19,618 nt of DNA from the IMG/VR virus record IMGVR_UViG_2526164630_000049, one strand, 5' to 3'. Each line of letters opens with the position of its first letter. Positions within the stretch are counted from its first letter, which is position 1. Below are positions 8,949-16,760 of this stretch, one piece after another. The position numbers were made by a program, and so were the translations under genes. This DNA comes from a virus. Taxonomy: Duplodnaviria; Heunggongvirae; Uroviricota; Caudoviricetes. The notes under the pieces were generated by a model. It did not search any database. It had not been told where the DNA came from and was given only the letters and a program-made list of their open reading frames with translations.

Positions 8949-9166
8949 GGCTGAACTCCTGAAAATGGCTGTGAAAATATCGCCCGCGAAATGCCAGGCT
9001 GATTAGGAAAACAGGAAAGGGGGTAGTGAATGCTTTTGCTTGATCTCAGTTTCTGTATTAATATCCATTTTTTATAAGCGTCGACGGCTTCACGAAACAT
9101 CTTTTCATCGCCAATAAAAGTGGCGATAGTGAATTTAGTCTGGATAGCCATAAGTGTTTTATCCAT
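8945..9166 (-). CDS. kil: Kil-like host cell-division inhibitor
   Basis: The ATG at 9166 (SD AGGAG upstream) begins [43 protein letters not shown], which matches lambda Kil. The frame stays open to 8945 (73 aa), longer than I recall for lambda Kil, so the true stop is uncertain. Confidence 0.6.
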   Translation of the reverse strand: MDKTLMAIQTKFTIATFIGDEKMFREAVDAYKKWILIQKLRSSKSIHYPLSCFPNQPGISRAIFSQPFSGVQP

Positions 9167-9299
9167 TTTTTGGAACTCCTGGCTGATTAAGTATGTCGAT
9201 AAGGCGTTTCCATCCGTCACGTAATTTACGGGTGATTCGCTCAAGTAAAGATTCGGAAGGGCAGCCAGCAACAGGCCACCCTGCAATGGCATATTGCAT
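9159..9299 (-). CDS. cIII: CIII (FtsH inhibitor)
   Basis: The ATG at 9299 (SD AAGGAG) begins [46 protein letters not shown], near-identical to lambda CIII. 46 aa here. Confidence 0.8.
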   Translation of the reverse strand: MQYAIAGWPVAGCPSESLLERITRKLRDGWKRLIDILNQPGVPKNG

Positions 9300-9360
9300 G
9301 GTGTGCTCCTTATTTATACATAACGAAAAACGCCTCGAGTGAAGCGTTATTGGTATGCAT

Positions 9361-9386
9361 ATAAAAAGGCCCTCACACTGGAGGGC
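9361..9386 (-). terminator. Intrinsic terminator in the early-left operon (tL-like)
   Basis: Minus strand reads GCCCTC-CAGTGT-GAGGGC followed by CTTTTTAT (plus-strand hairpin 9369-9386, A-tract 9361-9367). Confidence 0.55.
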
Positions 9387-9490
9387 AAAGAAGATTTCCA
9401 ATAATCAGAACAAGTCGGCTCCTGTTTAGTTACGAGCGACATTGCTCCGTGTATTCACTCGCTGGAATGAATACACAGTGCTTATTCGTA

Positions 9491-9961
9491 CTAATAAAAT
9501 ACCCAATTTTCTGTTTCTTGGTTGTGTCCAAAGTTATATTCAATATCTGGTATTGATGTATCAATATTCTTCATCCCATCAACAAGAGTTGATACAACAG
9601 CCAAATCTTGTTTGATTCTCATTAAATGGTATTTCTTCCGGCGCAATAAACTTTCAATGGCAAGTTTCTTCGTTGGGAATGCAAAAGATCTTTCTGCATT
9701 TTTTGCTACTTTCTTAATTGCATATCTATTTCTCTTTTGTTTCCATTCCTGTAACCACTGATTTGGTGCTGGTTTAAAATTAACAATCCAATGCGCAGGA
9801 ACCAACCATGCATAATGCTCTGTCTGATGAAAAGCTATATATTGAAGTGCGAATATTTTTATCCCATCTTCTTCAACTGTCGCCTGGAATCTCCAGAAAA
9901 CAGGCATTCCATCATGTTCAGTTTCTGATTCAGGAAAAGGTACGCTCCATGATTTTGTCAT
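9491..9961 (-). CDS. Hypothetical basic protein at the ral/sieB-equivalent position between N and cIII
   Basis: 156-aa ORF in AT-rich DNA, immediately downstream of N. Basic C-terminal half (KQKRNRYAIKKVAKNAERSFAFPTKKLAIESLLRRKKYHLMRIKQD). No recognised motif. Confidence 0.55.
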   Translation of the reverse strand: MTKSWSVPFPESETEHDGMPVFWRFQATVEEDGIKIFALQYIAFHQTEHYAWLVPAHWIVNFKPAPNQWLQEWKQKRNRYAIKKVAKNAERSFAFPTKKLAIESLLRRKKYHLMRIKQDLAVVSTLVDGMKNIDTSIPDIEYNFGHNQETENWVFY

Positions 9962-10019
9962 ATCTCACCTCAAATAAGTGGTTTGCTGCCTAATTTCATT
10001 TTCTGGCGACCAACACAAG

Positions 10020-10404
10020 TCATCTTGCTGTCAGTTGTTTTGATTTCCGGTAGCCTGCCGCGTAAAGAGCTACGTTTGGAAGACATACACCAGTTTCTGG
10101 TTGCTTATGTCCAAACTCATTCGCGTACACAATGGCCGCTCGCTCCAGATTGCGTCTGTATTCTTTCTGTTGCCAGATCACGTCCTGTGCCATGAACTTA
10201 ATTGGCTTAGCGTCTTCTATGCGCTCAGGCGTTTCGTGAGTACCTTTAGCCTGAATCTGCGCTCTACTTAGAGTAGGGCGGTGTAATACTTCTGAACTTA
10301 TTGTCTTCTTCGCGGGCCAGCACGCCGTTAGCTAATGCCTTTGCCTTTAAACGCTCACGACGACGAGAACGTGAATTGCCTTTGAACTGAGTTCTGCGTG
10401 TCAT
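10020..10404 (-). pseudogene. N: N antiterminator homolog, reading frame broken by a 1-nt indel
   Basis: ATG at 10404 with a strong SD (AGGAGG) encodes MTRRTQFKGNSRSRRRERLKAKALANGVLAREE (arginine-rich motif), then hits TAG after 46 codons. The rest of the protein continues open in the +1 frame to TGA at 10020-10022. The span is 385 nt, i.e. 3n+1. Confidence 0.6.
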
Positions 10405-10569
10405 ATAGACCTCCTGATGAACTTTGGTGGTGTGGTAGGTGGGAGACCCATTTCGACCTGTTTCGGCCTACTTCAATTCGGCAATAGTCCCGCAGGCCTC
10501 GCCGCTTTACGTGCGACATATTCCCGTCCATGAACCCTTCACCACACCCCAAAGTTCACTTTGGTTATT

Positions 10570-10584
10570 GCGCTTTGTCAGCGC
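10570..10584 (-). promoter_or_regulatory. Candidate nutL boxB hairpin
   Basis: The leftward transcript reads GCGCU-GACAA-AGCGC (5-bp stem, 5-nt loop), about 170 nt upstream of the N start, the same geometry as lambda nutL. A near-identical hairpin lies at the nutR position (15394-15408). Confidence 0.5.
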
Positions 10585-10660
10585 CGTAGATTCATATTCG
10601 AATCGTTGTATATTCACCGCCCTGGTGAGTAATGCGTCCTGCTGACGACGATAATAATGA

Positions 10661-10693
10661 ACCAATAGTTCGACATTATCAAGAACTATTGGT
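10661..10693. promoter_or_regulatory. Perfect 11-bp inverted repeat in the pL/oL region
   Basis: ACCAATAGTTC (10661-10671), 11-nt spacer, GAACTATTGGT (10683-10693), between the stk-operon terminator and nutL. Confidence 0.3.
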
Positions 10694-10865
10694 ACGAATT
10701 TTGGTGATTTATTAACTCTACGAAGTATGATTCTGATATATAAGGAAATTTATTTTTGAAAATGTGGCTGATGAAGGTTATGCGGCAGGGATCATAACTG
10801 CATGGTTTAGCGAGTTACATCAATAAATACAATTGGTTATGTTTTTTAGGTGGGCGAACGTGAGG

Positions 10866-10892
10866 CAAAGAAAACCCGGCGCTGAGGCCGGG
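10866..10892 (-). terminator. Intrinsic terminator ending the cI-stk immunity operon
   Basis: Minus strand reads CCCGGC-CTCAGC-GCCGGG followed by TTTTCTTTG (plus-strand hairpin 10875-10892), directly after the stop of the small ORF at 10893. Confidence 0.6.
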
Positions 10893-11057
10893 CTAGATTT
10901 TAAAGTATTTATCTTTTAGAGATGTAGATGTAAAACTTTTCGCCTTTGAAAATTTTTTGTCATCAGAAGGACTTATGAACTCATCTTTTTTGTAGGGAAC
11001 CGCTAATGCTGCATCACGTCTGCGAGGCAGCTTGCTTACTTCCTCGCGCTTTTTCAT
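10893..11057 (-). CDS. Small lysine-rich protein translationally coupled to stk
   Basis: Not in the ORF track (54 aa). ATG at 11057 lies 2 nt after the stk stop (TGA-TC-ATG). Translation MKKREEVSKLPRRRDAALAVPYKKDEFISPSDDKKFSKAKSFTSTSLKDKYFKI. Its stop abuts the terminator hairpin. Confidence 0.4.
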   Translation of the reverse strand: MKKREEVSKLPRRRDAALAVPYKKDEFISPSDDKKFSKAKSFTSTSLKDKYFKI

Positions 11058-11059
11058 GA

Positions 11060-12106
11060 TCAGTTATCCTTTAATAACCTATACAGTTTTGTAGGGGTAC
11101 ATCCTGAGGATATTGTTAAGTTCGTAGCACGCCTTTTCCGCCCATCATCGTATAAACGAAAACCAGTAGTAGACGAATTTTCTGCGTCAAAAACTATAGA
11201 CAGTATAGCGTCCCCAGACTTTTTTTGCCATTCGCATGTGCCGTTAGTTGGTTTCGTCATCTGTAGACGCCAGTCAAGAACGCCATCACTTATAGCTGAG
11301 AGATCGTTTAGTACATCTAGTACGGATTGATATCTTTCATTTGGATCTACATGAATGCATTTGTTCACTATTGTTATTAATTTTTTATGTATATGGGGAG
11401 GATACTCTTTTAATGGATAGCAGCCATTAATTATCGACTCTCTGAGTTGTTCAATCGTGCTAAATGCAGATCTTTCTCTTTCAAAATTATCATGTCCAAC
11501 ACACATTCTATATATGGTTAATCCTGCCTGATATATGTCATATGTGAAATTATAATCATTTGTTGATAAAGAAAAATATTCCGGTGGCACATGAAAATGA
11601 TATCCAAACTCAGGCGCAGCTCTCGATTCCTCATTGACTAACTGAGATAATCCAAAGTCAGATAGCATGGCCTCATTTCTGTTTGATATCATAATGTTAT
11701 TAGGTTTTATATCAAAATGCATAAGACCTTTTGAGTGTATATGATAAAGTCCACTTAAAAATTGAATGGAATACCGTATTATCTCCCTGCTTGTAAGATT
11801 ATTTTTTTTCATTAATTGGTTTAGCGAACCATTATGATAAAATGGCATGGCTATATAGATATTGCTCTCACATTGAGCAGCATACTGAACTTGCACAATA
11901 TTTGGATGTGCATGTTTATAGAGAAGCCTTGCTTCATTAAAGTAGTCGTCGTGGTTAGTGTTTTCTTTTTTTTCTATTTCTTTAATCACCAAGTCATGAG
12001 CTAGGTGTCTGTCATGAGCCAGATATACTTTTGAAAAACAACCCTGTTCTTCTAGATCACTAATCCATTCGAATTCTACATCAGCTCTTTTGTATGGAGT
12101 TAGCAT
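11060..12106 (-). CDS. stk: Eukaryotic-like protein kinase (Stk-like, Hanks-type)
   Basis: 348 aa with a lysine-containing beta3-like LVIKEIEK, catalytic loop HFDIKPNN, DFG motif (LSDFGLS) and PPE. AT-rich. Sits between cI and N, where 933W carries stk (from memory). Confidence 0.85.
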   Translation of the reverse strand: MLTPYKRADVEFEWISDLEEQGCFSKVYLAHDRHLAHDLVIKEIEKKENTNHDDYFNEARLLYKHAHPNIVQVQYAAQCESNIYIAMPFYHNGSLNQLMKKNNLTSREIIRYSIQFLSGLYHIHSKGLMHFDIKPNNIMISNRNEAMLSDFGLSQLVNEESRAAPEFGYHFHVPPEYFSLSTNDYNFTYDIYQAGLTIYRMCVGHDNFERERSAFSTIEQLRESIINGCYPLKEYPPHIHKKLITIVNKCIHVDPNERYQSVLDVLNDLSAISDGVLDWRLQMTKPTNGTCEWQKKSGDAILSIVFDAENSSTTGFRLYDDGRKRRATNLTISSGCTPTKLYRLLKDN

Positions 12107-12348
12107 CCCCTTACCTCCGCAGATAGTGCAGCCAAAACAGCTTCATTTGTTTCAGTTGTAAAACCAGAATTATCGATTCCATTTATATTGCGGTGTGACT
12201 TCAATATTTCTTTATACTCGATCTCTGTTAGGTTCAATGATGATTTCATGCCAGATTTTCTAATAGTGTAATATTTTCTTACATCACTGCTTGAAAATGC
12301 TTCTTGAATAACAGCTTCTATATAAAGGCGGTCAATGCTAAGATTATC
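12100..12348 (-). pseudogene. 3' portion of the first gene of the stk operon, separated from its 5' portion by the IS629 insertion
   Basis: Reading frame is continuous with 13659-13874 across the IS and the 3-bp target duplication. Track ORF 12100-12441 borrows a TTG start inside the IS left end. Reconstructed protein is about 153 aa. Confidence 0.6.
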
Positions 12349-12402
12349 TGAACCGCCCCGGGAATCCTGGAGACTAAACTCCCTGAGAAAGAGGTAAACA
12401 GG

Positions 12403-12729
12403 ATGACTAAAAATACACGTTTTTCCCCCGAGGTCCGTCAACGGGCAGTTCGTATGGTTCTGGAAAGTCAGGGCGAATATGACTCACAATGGGCGGCAAT
12501 TTGTTCCATTGCCCCAAAGATTGGCTGTACACCAGAGACTCTGCGTGTGTGGGTTCGTCAGCATGAGCGGGATACCGGGAGTGGTGATGGTGGACTCACC
12601 ACCGCTGAACGTCAGCGTCTGAAAGAGCTGGAACGTGAAAATCGTGAACTGCGCCGCAGTAACGATATCCTTCGCCAGGCTTCCGCTTATTTTGCGAAGG
12701 CGGAGTTCGACCGCCTCTGGAAAAAATAA
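12403..12729 (+). CDS. IS3-family transposase OrfA (HTH and leucine-zipper region)
   Basis: 108 aa ([33 protein letters not shown]...); coiled-coil [17 protein letters not shown] typical of IS3 OrfA. Confidence 0.85.
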   Translation: MTKNTRFSPEVRQRAVRMVLESQGEYDSQWAAICSIAPKIGCTPETLRVWVRQHERDTGSGDGGLTTAERQRLKELERENRELRRSNDILRQASAYFAKAEFDRLWKK

Positions 12730-13616
12730 TGCCGCTGCTGGATAAGCTGCGTGAGCAGTACGGGGTCGGACCGGTATGCAGTGAACTGCATATTGCCCCG
12801 TCAACGTATTACCACTGTCAGCAACAGCGACATCATCCTGATAAACGCAGTGCCCGTGCTCAGCGCGATGACTGGCTGAAGAGAGAGATACAGCGCGTAT
12901 ACGATGAAAATCATCAGGTGTACGGTGTGCGTAAAGTCTGGCGCCAGTTGTTACGCGAAGGTATCAGGGTGGCCAGATGTACAGTGGCGCGCCTCATGGC
13001 GGTTATGGGACTTGCCGGTGTTCTCCGGGGTAAAAAGGTCCGTACTACCGTCAGCCGGAAAGCCGTTTCCGCAGGCGACCGCGTAAACCGTCAGTTCGTG
13101 GCAGAACGTCCTGACCAGCTGTGGGTGGCTGATTTTACTTACGTCAGCACATGGCAGGGCTTCGTCTATGTGGCGTTCATCATTGATGTGTTTGCCGGAT
13201 GTATCGTGGGGTGGCGAGTCTCATCGTCTATGGAAACGACATTCGTGCTGGATGCACTGGAGCAGGCGTTGTGGGCCCGTCGGCCGTCCGGCACAGTCCA
13301 TCACAGTGATAAAGGTTCTCAGTATGTATCACTGGCCTATACGGAGCGACTAAAAGAAGCAAAACTGCTGGCATCAACAGGGAGTACAGGTGACTCGTAT
13401 GACAACGCGATGGCGGAGAGCATCAATGGTCTTTACAAAGCGGAGGTAATACACCGTAAGAGCTGGAAAAACCGTGCAGAAGTGGAACTGGCCACACTCA
13501 CGTGGGTGGACTGGTATAACAATCGACGATTGCTGGGAAGGCTGGGTCATATCCCTCCGGCAGAAGCAGAAAAAGCTTATTATGCTTCCATCAGAAACGA
13601 TGATCTGGCAGCCTGA
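12729..13616 (+). CDS. IS3-family transposase OrfB (DDE integrase core)
   Basis: 295 aa; DDE-type catalytic core (WVADFTYV ... HHSDKGSQY ... DNAMAESINGLYKAE). Start overlaps the orfA stop, the usual frameshift arrangement. Confidence 0.85.
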   Translation: MPLLDKLREQYGVGPVCSELHIAPSTYYHCQQQRHHPDKRSARAQRDDWLKREIQRVYDENHQVYGVRKVWRQLLREGIRVARCTVARLMAVMGLAGVLRGKKVRTTVSRKAVSAGDRVNRQFVAERPDQLWVADFTYVSTWQGFVYVAFIIDVFAGCIVGWRVSSSMETTFVLDALEQALWARRPSGTVHHSDKGSQYVSLAYTERLKEAKLLASTGSTGDSYDNAMAESINGLYKAEVIHRKSWKNRAEVELATLTWVDWYNNRRLLGRLGHIPPAEAEKAYYASIRNDDLAA

Positions 13617-13658
13617 GTTCACAGATAAAACACTCTCCAGGAAAACCGGGGCGGTTCA

Positions 13659-13874
13659 ATCAGAGTTTGATTCAGTAACGCGTATGGCAGCTAATTCAAC
13701 ATTATATAAATTAAGAATGTCGAGGATGTTATTTCTCACATACTTTAATTTTTCTGGTGTGTCTAAGGTCGAAGGTATTTTAATAACATCAACACATTTG
13801 AGTGCAGACTCATTAGTGCAATATACAACAAAAGATGTAACTTTGGGCGCCGCTCTAACACCTAGTATTCTCAT
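13659..13874 (-). pseudogene. 5' portion of the first gene of the stk operon, interrupted by IS629
   Basis: ATG at 13874 (MRILGVRAAPKVTSFVVYCTNESALK...); the ORF runs into the IS right end, and its last sense codon is the ATC target duplication. Confidence 0.6.
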
Positions 13875-13941
13875 TTTTTATATCCTATTTTAGAATCAGG
13901 CCGCATCTCTGCGACCATCCATCATCCAAACGTCTCTTCAC

Positions 13942-14282
13942 TCATCCGAAGAAGCAGCAATCCGGGTCAGCACGCACAAGCTCAAGCGCATCAGTCAGCG
14001 AAAGTTCAGTACTGTACTGATGCCATTTCATATCCTTCCGCATCCAATAGATTTTCCATCTATCCAGAGAACGTATGTACTTGATTCTTGCTGATGGCAG
14101 GATGTTTGTTTCACCTGGATTGCCCTGCCACACGGGCGCTGTTCGCCGATATCTATCGTTTGGTCATTGATGCTATAAACAATATCCAGTTCATTGCGGA
14201 TATGTTCAGGCGGCCTTATGCTTTCAATGAATTGGTGAACTTCTTTTTTTACTGCTTGATATTCAAGGTCATTGAACGCCAT
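13942..14282 (-). pseudogene. Hypothetical gene downstream of cI, apparently frameshifted
   Basis: Two overlapping track ORFs (14028-14282 and 13942-14133) in frames differing by 1. The N-terminal part of one and the C-terminal part of the other look protein-like. The span is 341 nt, i.e. 3n-1. Confidence 0.35.
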
Positions 14283-14342
14283 CTATCCTCCTTACCCAAA
14301 CGTCTCTTCAGGCCACTGGTTACCAGCTATGTGACGATGAAG

Positions 14343-15049
14343 TCACGAACTTTTCAGCCACTCCCTTGCCTCGATGTCATCCAGATGGCGAGATTGCTTC
14401 AGAATACCAGCTACATACTCCACCTTTGCTACTTGATGATAAGGCAACGTTATAGGCCTGTGATCCTGGTTAATGCTTGTAAATTGGTATTCTCCATCTC
14501 TGTCATAGCCAAGAACCTTAATCATGTTGTGTCCTTCAACGGTTCTGACAAACACCTCATCACCCGGGAATACTTTGGTGTTAGGCTCAATGAGTACATA
14601 TTCTCCTGATTTTATTCTGGGCCACATGCTGTCTCCTTTCACACGAAGACCAAAGGCATCTGGATCATCGCTATAAATTTTGAGCCACCCATCGCGCTCT
14701 TCGGTCATCTCGATGGCACCATCAACACCAAGAATTGCCTCACCAACCACGCGCACTAACCCTTTTTTAATTTGCCAACAAATGAAAGAGTATCTTCATC
14801 ATTCGCTCCATTTAACGAAGTGCCGTGCTGAAGCCAAACAACATCAACGTTTAGAAATTTCGCAAGCGCATTCATTTTTTCCTGACGCGGTAAAGACTCA
14901 GCATTAAACCATTTGCTAACGCCTTTGGACGAAAGAGAAAGGGCACGGGCTATAGCCATTCCCCTACCATGTTCATCAAGACCAGCTTCTTTACAGGCTT
15001 GCGCTAGCCGCTGGGCGAATTCTTTGCGCACTTTTTCATTCTGAACCAT
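14343..15049 (-). pseudogene. cI: CI-type repressor split by a 1-nt frameshift into an N-terminal HTH ORF (14756-15049) and a C-terminal S24-peptidase ORF (14343-14756)
   Basis: N-terminal ORF ends ...FVGKLKKG-stop; the C-terminal ORF (GTG start) carries the LexA/S24-like GDSMWPRIKSGEYVLIEP motif. The junction lies in an A6G3 run (plus 14759-14767); one extra A or G would give a single 235-aa ORF. The span is 707 nt, i.e. 3n-1. Confidence 0.65.
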
Positions 15050-15127
15050 GAGTACGATACTAAAGCACTTGCAAAAACTTTCAGTTCAACCATAATACGT
15101 ACTGAAAGTACGAAAAAGGATATTCCT
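15050..15127. promoter_or_regulatory. oR/pR/pRM region between divergent cI and cro
   Basis: 15-bp palindrome CGTACT-GAA-AGTACG (15098-15112). Related half-sites ACTTTCAGT (15078-15086) and AGTACGATACT (15051-15061) suggest three operators. Candidate pR: -35 TTGCAA (15069-15074) and -10 CATAAT (15091-15096). Confidence 0.55.
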
Positions 15128-15355
15128 ATGCAAAATCTTGATGAGCCGATTAAAGGTGTCGGCATCCCTGAAGTTGCGAAGGCTTGTGGAGTTAGCGAAA
15201 GGGCTGTCTATAAGTGGCTCAAAAACGGCTTCCTCCCTAAGACTGAGTTTTTTGGGAAAACTAAATACGCATCAAAAATCGAAGAGATTTCTGGTGGCAA
15301 ATATCAAGCAAGCGAAATGCTTGAAATAAGCAAAAAGAACCTTCTGGCTGCATAA
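15128..15355 (+). CDS. cro: Cro-like repressor
   Basis: 75 aa; HTH (IPEVAKACGVSERAVYKWLKNG); SD AAAAGGA upstream; divergent from cI. Confidence 0.8.
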   Translation: MQNLDEPIKGVGIPEVAKACGVSERAVYKWLKNGFLPKTEFFGKTKYASKIEEISGGKYQASEMLEISKKNLLAA

Positions 15356-15393
15356 GTAACACCGCTATTTTCACAATGGACATTCGTCCTACG

Positions 15394-15408
15394 TCGCTGA
15401 CAAAGCGA
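15394..15408 (+). promoter_or_regulatory. Candidate nutR boxB hairpin
   Basis: TCGCT-GACAA-AGCGA between cro and cII, with the same loop and near-identical stem as the nutL candidate. Possible boxA-like CGCTATTTT at 15363-15371. Confidence 0.5.
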
Positions 15409-15493
15409 GTCCCAATATATCTGACCAACTAAGGCTACATGCGTTTCCACGCATACCTTTCAACTAACTATTCACTATTGGAAATCTTAAGAA

Positions 15494-15790
15494 ATGGAAC
15501 AAACAAGTTACAGCAAACTATCCCAGCGTGACGTTGATCGCGCAGAAACAGATTTACTCATCAACCTGTCAACGCTTACCCAGCGCGGTCTGGCAAAGAT
15601 GATTGGCTGTCATGAATCGAAGATAAGCAGAACGGACTGGAGATTTATTGCTTCGGTCTTGTGTGCTTTCGGAATGGCATCAGACATCAGTCCGATTAGC
15701 AGGGCTTTTAAGTATGCGCTTGATGAAATCACAAAGAAAAAATCCCCGGTGGCCGCCGGGGACTCTAAGCAAATTGATATGCAATTCTGA
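15494..15790 (+). CDS. cII: CII transcriptional activator
   Basis: 98 aa; C-terminus KKKSPVAAGDSKQIDMQF resembles the lambda CII C-terminus; position after cro and nutR. Confidence 0.75.
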   Translation: MEQTSYSKLSQRDVDRAETDLLINLSTLTQRGLAKMIGCHESKISRTDWRFIASVLCAFGMASDISPISRAFKYALDEITKKKSPVAAGDSKQIDMQF

Positions 15791-15822
15791 GGGAATTACT
15801 GGATCAATCCACAGGAGTCATT

Positions 15823-16760
15823 ATGACAAATACAGCAAAAATACTCAACTTCGGCAGAGGTAACTTTGCCGAACAGGAGCGTAATGTGGCAGATCTCGAT
15901 GATGGTTACGCCAGACTATCAAATATGCTGATTGAGGCTTATTCAGGCGCAGATCTGACCAAGCGACAGTTTAAAGTGCTGCTTGCCATTCTGCGTAAAA
16001 CCTATGGGTGGAATAAACCAATGGACAGAATCACCGATTCTCAACTTAGCGAGATTACAAAGTTACCTGTCAAACGGTGCAATGAAGCCAAGTTAGAACT
16101 CGTCAGAATGAATATTATCAAGCAGCAAGGCGGCATGTTTGGACCAAATAAAAACATCTCAGAATGGTGCATCCCTCAAAACGAGGGAGGTTCCCCTAAA
16201 ATGAGGGACATCCCTCAAAACGAGGGAAAATCCCCTAAAACGAGGGATAAAACATCCCTCAAATTAGGGGATTGCTATCCCTCAAAACAGGGGGACACAA
16301 AAGACACTATTACAAAAGAAAAAGAAAAGATTATTCGTCCGAGAATTCTGGCGAATCCTCTGACCAGCCAGAAAACGATCTTTCTGTGGTTAAACCGGAT
16401 GCTGCAATTCAGAGCGGCAGCAAGTGGGGAACAGCAGAAGACCTGACCGCCGCAGAGTGGATGTTTGACATGGTGAAGACTATCGCGCCATCAGCCAGAA
16501 AACCGAATTTTGCTGGGTGGGCTAACGATATCCGCCTGATGCGTGAACGTGACGGACGTAACCACCGCGATATGTGTGTGCTTTTCCGCTGGGCCTGCCA
16601 GGACAACTTCTGGTCCGGTAACGTGCTGAGTCCGGCCAAACTCCGCGACAAGTGGACCCAGCTCGAAATCAACCGTAACAAGCAACAGGCAGGCGTGACA
16701 GCCAGCAAACCAAAACTCGACCTGACAAACACTGACTGGATTTACGGGGTGGATTTATGA
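15823..16760 (+). pseudogene. O: Replication initiator O, frameshifted by a 1-nt deletion in the A-rich tract after the origin iterons
   Basis: N-terminal ORF (15823-16446) is near-identical to the lambda O N-terminus. The C-terminal O sequence (...RKDYSSENSGESSDQPENDLSVVKPD ... TDWIYGVDL) lies in the +1 frame (track ORF 16272-16760). The shift maps to GAAAAAG (A5 at 16319-16323), where an A6 would restore a 312-aa O. The span is 938 nt, i.e. 3n-1. Confidence 0.65.
16171..16295. repeat. Replication origin: six 19-bp iterons (O-binding sites) followed by an AT-rich region
   Basis: Iterons of ATCCCTCAAAACGAGGGA type at 16171-16189, 16191-16209, 16210-16228, 16230-16248, 16254-16272 and 16277-16295; AT-rich tract 16296-16335. 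Confidence 0.8.

Larger units (their letters stand above)
12349..13658 (+). mobile_element. IS629-like IS3-family insertion sequence, complete, 1310 bp
   Basis: Terminal inverted repeats TGAACCGCCCCGGGAATCCTGGAG (left) and CTCCAGGAAAACCGGGGCGGTTCA (right). Flanking 3-bp direct repeat ATC at 12346-12348 and 13659-13661. Contains orfA and orfB. Confidence 0.85.

Noticed and set aside
9983-10195. 70-aa plus-strand ORF overlapping N
   Set aside because: Antisense to the N homolog.
10355-10645. ORFs 10355-10552 (minus) and 10439-10645 (plus) in the N leader and nutL region
   Set aside because: They overlap the N start/SD and the nut hairpin, have no RBS, and this is a regulatory leader.
12484-13622. 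ORFs inside the IS element other than orfA/orfB
   Set aside because: Antisense or alternative frames of the transposase genes.
16165-16300. Tandem 19-bp repeats considered as a possible CRISPR array
   Set aside because: The repeats are contiguous iterons with no spacers, lie inside the O coding sequence and match the lambda-type ori. No cas genes are present.
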